Shown here: positions 44,114-53,840 of the stretch, piece after piece
How the letters are laid out: each line of letters starts with the position of its first letter
Numbering within the stretch: the first letter of the stretch is position 1
Assembly (NCBI GenBank): GCA_918262735.1
Contig: CAKJYJ010000002.1
Span: 57,226 to 121,225, forward strand
Direction of reading: 5' to 3'
Length of the DNA: 64,000 nucleotides
Source: Clostridiales bacterium
Lineage (GTDB): Bacteria; Bacillota; Clostridia; Christensenellales; UBA1242
Translations under genes and position numbers: made by a program
Notes under the pieces: generated by a model
The model's database searches: none
What the model saw: only the letters and a program-made list of their open reading frames with translations
Told to the model about the DNA's origin: nothing

Positions 44114-45013
44114 ATGAAAAAATTTATATATAGTGGTGTTGGAACTGCACTTATAACTCCATTTAGTAATTGCAGAATTGATTGTCATGCGTTTGAATTA
44201 CTCTTAAAAAAACAGTTAGATGCAGGGGTAGATGCGGTTATAGTTTTAGGAACAACGGGCGAAGCATCAACCATATCTGCACACGAGAGGATGATAATAA
44301 CCAAGCTTACGCTGGGAATGTGTAAGGGTAAGGCAAAGGTTATTGTTGGGTGCGGTGCAAACAACACACAAGAGGCAATTGTTAAATATAACGATGCGGA
44401 AGATCTTGGTGCGGATGGTGCATTGATTGTTACACCGTATTATAACAAATGCACACAAAACGGGTTAATTGAGCACTATAGGGCAATTTCAGGTTCTGGC
44501 ACTCTCCCAATAATTATATATAATGTTCCCTCAAGAACAGGAGTTAATATTTTGCCGGAAACCGTTGAGGTTTTATCTCACGAGAAAAATATATATGGAA
44601 TAAAAGAAGCAAGCGGGAATATTCCACAAATAATGGAAATATTCAGGCTAACAAGTAACAATTTTTCAGTTTTTTCTGGTGACGATGTTTTGAACAATGT
44701 GATTATACAAATGGGCGGGGCGGGAACGATTTCTGTGCTTTCGAACATTGTTCCTAAACTGTGCAAAAAGATGTATGAGTTAAATATCAAAAAACAGTAT
44801 GAAAAGTCAAACAGTATTCAATTAAGACTATTGCCACTTATTCACTCGCTTTTTGCTGAGGTCAATCCAATTCCAATTAAGGCAGGGCTTAGTTATCTAG
44901 GGCTTTGTAAAAACGAATTAAGGTTACCGCTCACAACTATTCAAAACGATAACTTTGAAAAACTAAAAAAAGAGATTGACTTAATTTGGGGCAAAGAGAA
45001 TGATTGTGTGTAA
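44114..45013 (+). CDS. dapA: 4-hydroxy-tetrahydrodipicolinate synthase
   Basis: ALITPF, GTTGE, TPYYNK, IYNVPSRTG, GIKEASG, NPIPIK. Confidence 0.95.
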   Translation: MKKFIYSGVGTALITPFSNCRIDCHAFELLLKKQLDAGVDAVIVLGTTGEASTISAHERMIITKLTLGMCKGKAKVIVGCGANNTQEAIVKYNDAEDLGADGALIVTPYYNKCTQNGLIEHYRAISGSGTLPIIIYNVPSRTGVNILPETVEVLSHEKNIYGIKEASGNIPQIMEIFRLTSNNFSVFSGDDVLNNVIIQMGGAGTISVLSNIVPKLCKKMYELNIKKQYEKSNSIQLRLLPLIHSLFAEVNPIPIKAGLSYLGLCKNELRLPLTTIQNDNFEKLKKEIDLIWGKENDCV

Positions 45014-46238
45014 GTTTGGCGGAACCAGTGTTGCAGGGCCGGAAAGTGCATTATTAATTAAAAAGATTATAAATTCTAATCCCAACCGAAAAATAATTGT
45101 TGTTTCGGCATTAGGCAAAAGCGATGATTACCGTTATAAAGTAACAGACAAATTATTTGAGTTATATGGTAATTATTCAAATGGAGAAGATTACTCGGAC
45201 TGCATTAATGACGTTTTTACAAGATATGAAAAAATGTCAGAATATTTGGGAGTAAAGATTAATTGGAATGTGCAAAAGCAACAATTAATTCGGGATTTGC
45301 TGGAAAAAAGAGTTACAAGGGCATATGTTGTATCTAGAGGGGAATATTATTCCGCACTTTTATATTCAAAATATCTTGGTGGGCAATTTTTAGATGCAAC
45401 CGATTATATTTATTTTAATAAAAACGGTAAATTAAATATTAATAGAACAATAAAAATGCTAAAAACATTGGACAAGGAAAAGTTGTATGTTATTGGTGGA
45501 TTCTATGGGGCATTTGCGAACAAAGAGGTTTGTGTGTTTGATAGGGGTGGTTCTGATATAACTGGGGCGGTAATGGCAAAGGGTCTGAACGCAGAAATTT
45601 ATGAAAACTATACAGATGTTTGTGGGGTTTATGATAAAAACCCAAATGTGTTTGTTGGCGCAAAAAACTTACCAATACTTAGTTACAAAACCACAATCCA
45701 AATGGCAGAGGCGGGGAATGAGGTTATACATAAAGATGCACTACTAATTTTGAAAAACACGCAAACAATTCTTTTAATAAAAGACACCAGTAATTATATG
45801 AAATTAGGAACGGTGGTTTTGGATAATGGTGTTGTTTCAGATGATTTGTATATTTGTACAATGAAGACTGTTTGTTTAATAACAAAGAATGTAACCAATG
45901 AACTACTTACACGCATTGGTCATTGGGGTGACATTAAAAATATATATACTACCAAAAATTGTTACTATGTTATTGTAAATAATTGCGTTAAATCGCCAAA
46001 CTGTTTGCGTGAGTGTTGTGGGAATAAAGTGGACTACGTTTATGTAATAAAACTGTTTTCTAATATAAAAATTAGTAAAAATAATCTAAAATTAGCAAAA
46101 AAAATAGCAAAAATGGTGAAAAATTATGCATTTTTTTGTAAATTTTGCGCAATTGATAACAATGTAACAATTATTTGTGATGGAAAATATTATGGCGTTG
46201 TGTTAAAAATAATTAACCGTTGTTTACAAAAAAAATAA
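45000..46238 (+). CDS. Aspartate kinase with divergent C-terminal region
   Basis: KFGGTS, VVSALG, SRGE, RGGSDITG, TDVCG. Confidence 0.88.
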   Translation: MIVCKFGGTSVAGPESALLIKKIINSNPNRKIIVVSALGKSDDYRYKVTDKLFELYGNYSNGEDYSDCINDVFTRYEKMSEYLGVKINWNVQKQQLIRDLLEKRVTRAYVVSRGEYYSALLYSKYLGGQFLDATDYIYFNKNGKLNINRTIKMLKTLDKEKLYVIGGFYGAFANKEVCVFDRGGSDITGAVMAKGLNAEIYENYTDVCGVYDKNPNVFVGAKNLPILSYKTTIQMAEAGNEVIHKDALLILKNTQTILLIKDTSNYMKLGTVVLDNGVVSDDLYICTMKTVCLITKNVTNELLTRIGHWGDIKNIYTTKNCYYVIVNNCVKSPNCLRECCGNKVDYVYVIKLFSNIKISKNNLKLAKKIAKMVKNYAFFCKFCAIDNNVTIICDGKYYGVVLKIINRCLQKK

Positions 46239-46272
46239 AATATGATAAACTTATGGCAATTGGGGGATTAAT

Positions 46273-47154
46273 ATGAAAAATCTACTTGTTGTTTATAATG
46301 AATCAATTCCTAGTGATGAATTCAAATCAAAAAACACACACTTGCTTGACCTTGCAAGGCATTATAATTATGATGTGACACTAAAGAGTAATACGGAGCT
46401 TTACACATACCTAAACACAAATGCAGTTAAAACCTTTTATGGAAATCTTAATTATGACTGTTGCTTGTTCTTTGACCAAGATGCATACCTTGCAAAAAAT
46501 TTGGAAATGCTTGGCATGAGAGTCATTAATAGTCCACGTGCCCTTTTAATGTGTGAGAATAAGGCAAATATGTATCAAGAACTTGTTGCAAATCATATTT
46601 CTGTTCCAAGAACATTTATTCTTCCAGAACAAAAAATATATAATCAAGCCGGTATAAAAAACTTTATTGATGAGGCAGTTAACCAGCTTGGGCTTCCACT
46701 TATTATTAAAGAGTGGTATGGTGGTTCCGGAACTGGTGTTTATTTAGTAAAGACGAAACCTGATGTTTATGCGGTTATTGATAAGTTTAAGGGCAAAAGA
46801 ATTCTGCTTCAAGAATTTATTTCGGAAGCATCTGGAAACGACCTGAGACTTTTTGTTGTTAAAGGGAAGGTTGTTGCATCACTTCGCCGTCAGTCAGCCG
46901 ATGGAAACTTTAGATCAAATGTTGGTCTTGGTGGTAAGTTAACACCATATATTCCAACAATTGTTGAAAACAAACTTGCAATAGATGCAACAAAGGCGAT
47001 GGGCTGTGATTTTGCCGTTGTTGATATGTTAAAGGGCGTAACGGGTTCGCTTGTCTGCGAGGTTAACAGCACCGCAAACATTAATAATTTTATTGAATGT
47101 ACTGGCGTTGACATAGCTGATATTTTAATTAAAGAGTGCATTAAGAAAAAGTAA
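46273..47154 (+). CDS. RimK/LysX family ATP-grasp ligase
   Basis: PLIIK..GGSGTGV, QEFI, DLR, FRSNV..GG, EVNS. Confidence 0.9.
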   Translation: MKNLLVVYNESIPSDEFKSKNTHLLDLARHYNYDVTLKSNTELYTYLNTNAVKTFYGNLNYDCCLFFDQDAYLAKNLEMLGMRVINSPRALLMCENKANMYQELVANHISVPRTFILPEQKIYNQAGIKNFIDEAVNQLGLPLIIKEWYGGSGTGVYLVKTKPDVYAVIDKFKGKRILLQEFISEASGNDLRLFVVKGKVVASLRRQSADGNFRSNVGLGGKLTPYIPTIVENKLAIDATKAMGCDFAVVDMLKGVTGSLVCEVNSTANINNFIECTGVDIADILIKECIKKK

Positions 47155-47221
47155 ATCTATTTACAAAAAAACACCTCAACCAATTGTGGCTTTGGTGTTT
47201 TTTTAATTAACAATAGTTTGA

Positions 47222-47542
47222 TTATTTTGATTTAGTTAATTTAATAAAAGAAACATCAACAACATTTTCAAAATCTTTCATTATTTCGGTTTTTGTTGGA
47301 AAAAAAGGAAACGGCCTTTTATTTTTAACATATTCGGCAACAAGAGTCTTTGCAAGGGTTGTTAGTTCAGCCTTGCAGGCTTCTTTTGTTTTTGAAATGC
47401 AATTTCTATTTGTTATTCCGGGAACAAAACCATGAAATTCTGTTAGCCCATCTTCTTTTTTGTATATTATTACCAATGGCATTTTTAGTTCATTTGTTTC
47501 GCTAAAAGCATCGGCCTTTCCTTCACACGTTATTCTTGGCAT
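47222..47542 (-). CDS. Hypothetical protein (HicB-like fold possible)
   Basis: VIIY...GFVPGI...CIS..KE pattern reminiscent of HicB N-terminus; SD GGGTG. Confidence 0.5.
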   Translation of the reverse strand: MPRITCEGKADAFSETNELKMPLVIIYKKEDGLTEFHGFVPGITNRNCISKTKEACKAELTTLAKTLVAEYVKNKRPFPFFPTKTEIMKDFENVVDVSFIKLTKSK

Positions 47543-47600
47543 AATTCACCCCTTTTTTATATTGTAAAACAAAAATAAAAATAATCAAAGCATTTTTACA

Positions 47601-48101
47601 CTATTCTTCAATTCTGTAACCTAGAATATGTAACAATCTTAGTTTGACATAATTATATTGTGAAAGTTGTCGATTTTTCACATCATTCGTGTTTGCGCAA
47701 ACATATATACCTGTAGGGGTTCGAGATTCTATTTTTGTTATAATTAAACTATGGCCAAATGCGAAAGCATCACCAAATCTTAGTTGAATAACGTCCCCAA
47801 CATCACATACTTCAAGTGGGCTGATGGTGGCATATGGGCCAACGCTTTTGTTATTTATCAGGAAGTTATATAGTGGTTCAACATTTGCCCAAGAAGTTGA
47901 AGTGTTTGCAGGGGAGATATAATACCAGCCATTATCTGTAAAATTCATTTTTGGGGCTCCGGCGTATATGCATTGAGAAATATAGTTTGTGCAGTTCCCG
48001 CCACTTGTTGTGTAGTTAAAATATTCTGGGTTTCTTACAAGGGCATATTTAAGGGCATAATCAACCGCGGCATTTCGATTATATGTTCTATTTTTTAACA
48101 T
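47601..48101 (-). CDS. Amidase_6 (YhbB-like) domain protein
   Basis: YNRNAAVDYA, GGNCTNYISQC, GDVIQ, HS.IIT. Confidence 0.85.
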   Translation of the reverse strand: MLKNRTYNRNAAVDYALKYALVRNPEYFNYTTSGGNCTNYISQCIYAGAPKMNFTDNGWYYISPANTSTSWANVEPLYNFLINNKSVGPYATISPLEVCDVGDVIQLRFGDAFAFGHSLIITKIESRTPTGIYVCANTNDVKNRQLSQYNYVKLRLLHILGYRIEE

Positions 48102-48176
48102 ATATTTTTATATGATAAAACGCTAATAATTTGTCAAAAAGGAAATAATATGGTAAAATAAAATAAGAAGGTGGTT

Positions 48177-48890
48177 ATGAAAGAAAAACATAGATATCAC
48201 GTATGGGATTATGTAAACATTGTTGTTTTTTATTCTATTTTTATTCTGTTTTTAGTTGCAAGTGTAATGGGAATTATACAGGTATCAAAAGGACAAATTG
48301 AAGCAAAAGACCTGATATATAGAATATTATTAACACTTCTTATGTGTGTGCCATTCTTAGTTAAAAAAATATTTAGAATAACATTTTCAAGAGTTGTTTC
48401 AATCGTCTATTATTTATATATGTTTCTTGCCGGATTTTTGGGAGTTGTGCTAAGTTTTTATGTTAAGGTTGAGTGGTGGGACATATTAATTCATTTTTTA
48501 ATGGGTTTAGCTGTGTCGGTACTATCAATATATGTTTTGAACTTAACCGTATACAAAAAGGACACATCAAAGCATAATCTCTTTTTCACATTCTTATTTA
48601 TGCTTAGTTTCACAATGCTTGTGGGTGTTTTGTGGGAAATATTAGAGTTTACTGGTGATGCTATCTTTAACATGGGCTATCAAAGATATGTAACGTATGA
48701 TGGAGAAGTGCTTATTGGTAGGGCTGTTCTAATAGACACAATGACGGATTTACTAATGGAACTTGGCGGAGCGGTAATGGGTATTATATTCACAGTTGTT
48801 ACCAAAGGAATTGATAAAAACTTTCTAAAAACTTTTAAGATTAAGAAGCTAAAACATTTAGAACCAGAAGTTGAAGACATTGAAGAATAA
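48177..48890 (+). CDS. Integral membrane protein (DUF2238-like)
   Basis: WWDILIH, WEILEF..D, DTMTDL motifs; multiple TMs. Confidence 0.7.
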   Translation: MKEKHRYHVWDYVNIVVFYSIFILFLVASVMGIIQVSKGQIEAKDLIYRILLTLLMCVPFLVKKIFRITFSRVVSIVYYLYMFLAGFLGVVLSFYVKVEWWDILIHFLMGLAVSVLSIYVLNLTVYKKDTSKHNLFFTFLFMLSFTMLVGVLWEILEFTGDAIFNMGYQRYVTYDGEVLIGRAVLIDTMTDLLMELGGAVMGIIFTVVTKGIDKNFLKTFKIKKLKHLEPEVEDIEE

Positions 48891-48959
48891 TAAATATAAT
48901 CAAATAATTATAAACCAAAAATGCAAGGCACCGCCTTGCATTTTTATAACAATCCATTA

Positions 48960-49646
48960 TTATTCTTTTAGACCAGTTGAGTTTCTTGCACCACAAATAG
49001 GGCAGTTGTTAAGTTTTTTATCATAGCAAGAATCACAGTATTCGCAGACCACATTGTTTTCGTAGAATGTTTTATTCTTTGCTTCTTTTGTTGCCTGTTT
49101 TGCAATATCATCTAATTTTGAATAAACCATTTCGCAGTCATGAATATCAAAAAACACGGTTGCTGCTTTGTTTCCGGTTATGTATATGTCGCCAACCCTA
49201 AATAGTTTGTCCCAAAAGCTTCGTTTAATATTAATAGAGTTTAATTCTTCTAATTTAATTTCATCAATAATCCTGCCTGATTTGCCACTTTGGTTAATTA
49301 TTCGTTCGTTTGTTATGTAGTATTTGTTGTATTTTAGTTCTGCAAGCCCCTTAAATAGTTGCCATAGAAAAATCCAAACAGGCATTAAGTGAAGGGCAAA
49401 AAAAGGAATAATAAAGAAAAAGGTTAATGGAGTTATGGCGCCCTGAGAGAATAACAGCACAATTATTCCAATATCAATTGCGCCCCATAAAAGAGCAACA
49501 GGGAAGAATGATGCACATTTTTGAAGGGCATATGAAATTCTTTTTGGTTTACTTTTCCAGAGTATCATTTCATTCTTACCCAAAGTTTTGTTAATATCTA
49601 AACACTCATCAGTTTTTGTTTTGAAATAGTTTTGATCAATTTTCAT
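48960..49646 (-). CDS. Membrane protein with bacterial PH domain and zinc ribbon
   Basis: ILWKSKP, two TMs, YYITNERII, C-terminal CEYC...CPICG. Confidence 0.75.
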   Translation of the reverse strand: MKIDQNYFKTKTDECLDINKTLGKNEMILWKSKPKRISYALQKCASFFPVALLWGAIDIGIIVLLFSQGAITPLTFFFIIPFFALHLMPVWIFLWQLFKGLAELKYNKYYITNERIINQSGKSGRIIDEIKLEELNSINIKRSFWDKLFRVGDIYITGNKAATVFFDIHDCEMVYSKLDDIAKQATKEAKNKTFYENNVVCEYCDSCYDKKLNNCPICGARNSTGLKE

Positions 49647-49787
49647 ATATAGCTCCATATATTCCTTGGTTATAAATAACCAGACAAACAACTATTTTAA
49701 GTATACACAATTTTGCCAACTTTTCAAAATGATTTACATGACTGCCCATACATTTTTACACCATACATAACATATTTATTAGAACAG

Positions 49788-49816
49788 TTGAATTTTTAAT
49801 AACAGTATGGTATACT
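49788..49816 (+). promoter_or_regulatory. Sigma-A promoter of the tRNA-Arg locus
   Basis: TTGAAT-17 nt-TATACT with extended -10 TG. Confidence 0.65.
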
Positions 49817-49853
49817 AATCCACGATTTTGGGTAATTCAACACCCATAATTTT

Positions 49854-49893
<40 letters not shown>

Positions 49894-49915
49894 TATCGAC
49901 TTGGACAAAATTAAA

Positions 49916-49995
49916 ATCCCTAAACATCCCTAAAATACTGACAATTTGCAAGTAATCCAAACTCACACAAAACCAAAGTTCACCAAAAGTTCACC
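49916..49995. repeat. Two pairs of short direct repeats (candidate integrase arm sites)
   Basis: ATCCCTAAA at 49916 and 49926; AAAGTTCACC at 49975 and 49986. Confidence 0.5.
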
Positions 49996-50019
49996 CAACC
50001 CAAACAAAAACCCTAATAT

Positions 50020-50096
<77 letters not shown>

Positions 50097-50121
50097 ATTT
50101 CTAAAGAAAAAAGACGCTATT

Positions 50122-50712
50122 TTACGGCGTCTTTTTCTGTGATATTCTTACTATATCTGAACGATTAGATTTTAATTTTATTATTTTGTTAATATTCATA
50201 TCAACATTTTTTGCAAAAATGTGGAGCGTTTTTTCTTGATTACCTTTCAATGACATACATTTACATTCGTAAATTCTATATTTTAAAATATTTAATGTGG
50301 GATTAATATAATACAAGTTTTCTCTTATATAAATAAATCCAAGTAGTAAATGTATCATACATATAAAAATACAATCAAATAGCAAATCTGTGTAAGGGAC
50401 AGCAAAGGCTGTTAAAACCAACAAAGAAAAATGAGTAAAATATTGTTCCCCTGTATGATTTTTACATTCAACTATTTTGTACTCTATTCCTAGTGAGTTT
50501 TCTTTAAATTTTAATGTTTTAATAGTTATTAAAACGGAAGCCAATATGCCTATGAAAGTTAATAGTGCAACAATTCCAAAGCAAATCCAAGATTTTAAAC
50601 TCATTGTATAATCACTATTTACTAAATAATTTGGAATCATTCTTACCAAGAATATTATATTCATAAAACATACAGCCATTAAATAATAAAAGATTTTTTC
50701 AATTATTTTCAT
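50122..50712 (-). CDS. kwaA: Kiwa KwaA-like membrane protein
   Basis: 196 aa, about 4 TMs, YYINPTLNILKYRIY motif; overlaps partner gene by 4 nt. Confidence 0.7.
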   Translation of the reverse strand: MKIIEKIFYYLMAVCFMNIIFLVRMIPNYLVNSDYTMSLKSWICFGIVALLTFIGILASVLITIKTLKFKENSLGIEYKIVECKNHTGEQYFTHFSLLVLTAFAVPYTDLLFDCIFICMIHLLLGFIYIRENLYYINPTLNILKYRIYECKCMSLKGNQEKTLHIFAKNVDMNINKIIKLKSNRSDIVRISQKKTP

Positions 50713-51653
50713 TCTTCTACCTTATCTTCAAATATATTATATTTTAATTCTTTCGAGATTAAGTTGATAATTTTTTTACCATTCTTTTTAGTTACATTTA
50801 ACAAATCTTCTTTAAAATCTTCTTCACTAAACACATTTCTACATTTATCTAAAATACGATTTTTTAAATCTTTAGGATCAAATGTTTCTATTGCATTTAA
50901 ATAACTAGTATCTTTACTAATTTTTGCAATGCCTCTATATGCATATTTATTTTTTAATAAATCCATAAATTTATCTGCGTTATAAAATATTTTCCATTTT
51001 GAAACATGTTCAGATGCTGTTTTCATTGCCGTTTCTTTCAAATTTTCATCATAATCAAATATAGAGTTGAATCTTGTTTCGCTTAATATATATACATTAC
51101 CATTTAAGACGACAACATCTATATTATAATTTAATGTTAATGCTTTTGTATTTTCTTTTTCTTTAAAGCGTCCATATTCTTCTAAGAATAATCGCTTAAA
51201 TTTCAATACTTTTTGAGTGTTCTGATATTTTGAAACAAAATAGCAATAAGAGTCATCTGTTGTGTCTTTTATTTCAGTTACATAAAGGTTTAAATCTTCA
51301 TTATTATATGATAACGTTTCACTAGCATTTAAAGTGTCGATATCTCTTTGCGATAAATTTCCACAACTATTTATTGCTTCATATATAGCATTCCATCTTT
51401 TTTCAATTGAAGATAAATTAAGAACGGGTAATGCATTATTCTCGTTACCGTTTGGATTATAGTTTTTTATTTCTCTATTGATAAATCCATATAAATAGTC
51501 GTTGTAGTCTTTTAACAATGAAGAATTAATATCGTCTGGCAATAAAACTGCATTGTTAAGTTTCTCGCTTCTTGCATCGAACTTTACTAAATATATATTA
51601 ATTTCACAATGCTTTAATCTTTCAATTAATTCAGTAATAACTATATTTTCCAT
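50709..51653 (-). CDS. kwaB: Kiwa KwaB-like (DUF4868) protein
   Basis: 314 aa soluble protein, LTLNYNIDVV...VYIL...FNSIFDY motif; own TGnTATAAT (51675-51683) and SD. Confidence 0.7.
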   Translation of the reverse strand: MENIVITELIERLKHCEINIYLVKFDARSEKLNNAVLLPDDINSSLLKDYNDYLYGFINREIKNYNPNGNENNALPVLNLSSIEKRWNAIYEAINSCGNLSQRDIDTLNASETLSYNNEDLNLYVTEIKDTTDDSYCYFVSKYQNTQKVLKFKRLFLEEYGRFKEKENTKALTLNYNIDVVVLNGNVYILSETRFNSIFDYDENLKETAMKTASEHVSKWKIFYNADKFMDLLKNKYAYRGIAKISKDTSYLNAIETFDPKDLKNRILDKCRNVFSEEDFKEDLLNVTKKNGKKIINLISKELKYNIFEDKVEE

Positions 51654-51717
51654 AATATCTCCTTAAGTTAAGATATTATAACATAAATTATGACAAATTA
51701 CCATACATATTGACAAT

Positions 51718-53109
51718 TTATTCAAATATTTTATTTATAACTTCGCTAGCATGGATATCAGAGTTTTTCAAGAAGTGGCTATAGAAGTCGCTGGTGGTTG
51801 ATGCTTTGCTATGGCCAGCTCTGGCTGATACTGTTTTCATATCCACACCTGCCATCAGTTGAAGAGTAATGTTAGTATGTCTAAGTGAGTGTAGTGTGAC
51901 GATTGGTAGTCCAGCCCTTGCGAGAGATTTTTGTAGCCATACTCGTAAGAGTCCTGGGCAGATATCTTTGCCATCTTCTGTGCAGAAGAGCCTATCTGTG
52001 TCACCAAGTCTATCTCCAAGATATCTCTTTTGGTTTTGCCACCAAGTTTCGTATTCATGCAAGTATTCAATGAGTTTATCTGGCATTGAGATTGTGCGTT
52101 TTGAATTCTCTGTTTTTGGCTCTTTTGTTATAATTCCAAATCCAACTATGTCTTGCACAGACCTTGCTATGGTCATTGTTTTGTTTTCAAAGTCTATATC
52201 TTTCCATTCAAGGCCAGCAAGTTCGCCACGCCTTATCCCCATAAAGAGTGCTATAAGTAAGGCAATCTTCCATCGTGGATTATCAAGGTTATCCAAATAC
52301 CCAGCTAGTTGCTTTGCCTCTTTGTCATTAAGTATCTTAACTTCTTTTTTATGCCCTTGAATTGGTGCAATGTAATCACGGGAAGCGAAGTTATGCTCAA
52401 CCAGTCTTTGCCTTTTTGCATCGGCTAAAATTGTTGCTAGTGTTCTTTTTAGTTTTAGTATCGTTTCTTTTGCGTATGGACGGCTAATTACTTTAACATC
52501 AAACCATTCATCAAAGTTTAGGTTTAGTGCGCTACAAATTGTTTTGGCACTGTCAATTCTTATACCATTGCCAACTGTAGCAGAGTAATATATTGATCTG
52601 GAGATGCCACTATTTCTAGTAGCATCAACCAGTTTTATGCAGTGAGATTTTAGATATTGAGTTAAATCCCTTTTCAGGATTGCGTATCTCTGCTCATATT
52701 TTTTTGCCATCATTTCATCTAGGAAACCTTGCACCATGATTGGTGTTATTTGATTGAGTTTAATGTTACCAAAGTATGCATCAAACTTTCTGATATTATC
52801 TTTACCTTTTATGTAATAGTTTAGTGACCTGGTATTCTTAATCTTTTCAAGCCACTTGTTGGCATAATCAATAAAGGTTATGTCATTATCTACTGCAAGC
52901 ATACCATTTAGTTGTTTTTTGAATTTATCTTCAAAATCTAAGCAAACCCTTTGCAATTCTTTCTTTGCTTGAATTTCAGTTAAGTCGTTTGGCTTTCTCC
53001 AGCACATTGACTTTGCCACAAATTGTCCAGTTCTTAGGTCTTTTGCCTTTACTTGTATTCTATAGGATATTGATCCATCATTTAATTTTTTCTTTCTTAC
53101 ACACGCCAT
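51718..53109 (-). CDS. int: Tyrosine integrase with inserted HTH domain
   Basis: GIRRGELAGLEW (R), PKT (K), HSLRH, AGH, FYSH (Y) catalytic residues; N-terminal arm-binding-like domain. Confidence 0.95.
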   Translation of the reverse strand: MACVRKKKLNDGSISYRIQVKAKDLRTGQFVAKSMCWRKPNDLTEIQAKKELQRVCLDFEDKFKKQLNGMLAVDNDITFIDYANKWLEKIKNTRSLNYYIKGKDNIRKFDAYFGNIKLNQITPIMVQGFLDEMMAKKYEQRYAILKRDLTQYLKSHCIKLVDATRNSGISRSIYYSATVGNGIRIDSAKTICSALNLNFDEWFDVKVISRPYAKETILKLKRTLATILADAKRQRLVEHNFASRDYIAPIQGHKKEVKILNDKEAKQLAGYLDNLDNPRWKIALLIALFMGIRRGELAGLEWKDIDFENKTMTIARSVQDIVGFGIITKEPKTENSKRTISMPDKLIEYLHEYETWWQNQKRYLGDRLGDTDRLFCTEDGKDICPGLLRVWLQKSLARAGLPIVTLHSLRHTNITLQLMAGVDMKTVSARAGHSKASTTSDFYSHFLKNSDIHASEVINKIFE

Positions 53110-53121
53110 ATTTTTCTCCTT

Positions 53122-53340
53122 TTACCCAATTATCACTTGTTCCATAGGTAGTTCGTATTCTTTGCTCTGTAAGAAGGCGAGCAGTGAATCGTAGTCAATC
53201 ATTATCTTCTTACCAGTTTTTATGGAACGGATTTTATAGTTGTTTGCTAGTTTTCTTACTAAGAATTCACTAAGACTAGTGTTAGGATCTTCTTGTTTAA
53301 TCATTTGTAAAGTTTCAGTTATTGTTCTAATTCTTTGCAT
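53122..53340 (-). CDS. Excisionase (HTH_17-like)
   Basis: 72 aa, RTI.E...IK.EDP.T.LSE..VRKL...I.SIK.GKK.MID; directly upstream of int; SD GGAGG. Confidence 0.85.
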   Translation of the reverse strand: MQRIRTITETLQMIKQEDPNTSLSEFLVRKLANNYKIRSIKTGKKIMIDYDSLLAFLQSKEYELPMEQVIIG

Positions 53341-53754
53341 GTTTTCCTCCAGGTGCTGATCTCAACTGGACTTGAACTCCTATGCGAAACAAAAAGTACC
53401 GCAAAAGAATATACAAGTCCAGTGAAACAGCGAAATATATTCAAAAGTAAACTTTGTATCTTTGAATTCTTTTTTGCTTTGTTTCTGTTTGTCTTTGTAT
53501 CTCTGTTATTTCGGTCAAAATCGTGCCTTCTTTGATTTTTTAGCAGTCCACTTGATAATTTATCCAACTCAAAATTTATCACTCTTAAAACTTAAATAAC
53601 GGCTTGCGTTTTCATAAAATTGCCGACTGAAATTTCACATATTTTGAATTTTTTGATTTAGATTTGATTATTTTTGATTTTTATTTTGAAATCAAAAAGT
53701 GCAAAACACCTTTATTTTTCTAGCTTTTTAATAAAAATTTTGAAAAAATTTTTG

Positions 53755-53840
53755 ATTTTTGATTTCGCGACTTTTTGTGTGCGACTGCCGTCCCGCTCTT
53801 TATAGGGCTTCGGCTAGAGATTTGACCGCCCCTGGGGGTG
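53755..53840 (-). other. cos-like packaging-signal region
   Basis: GC-rich CCCCCAGGGGCGGTCAAATCTCTA...GTCGCGAAAT in an AT-rich background; resembles, from memory, the HNH-terS intergenic region of firmicute cos phages. Confidence 0.5.

Noticed and set aside
53319-53582. 87-aa ORF upstream of xis
   Set aside because: Low complexity, no convincing SD, overlaps the structured leader and the xis start
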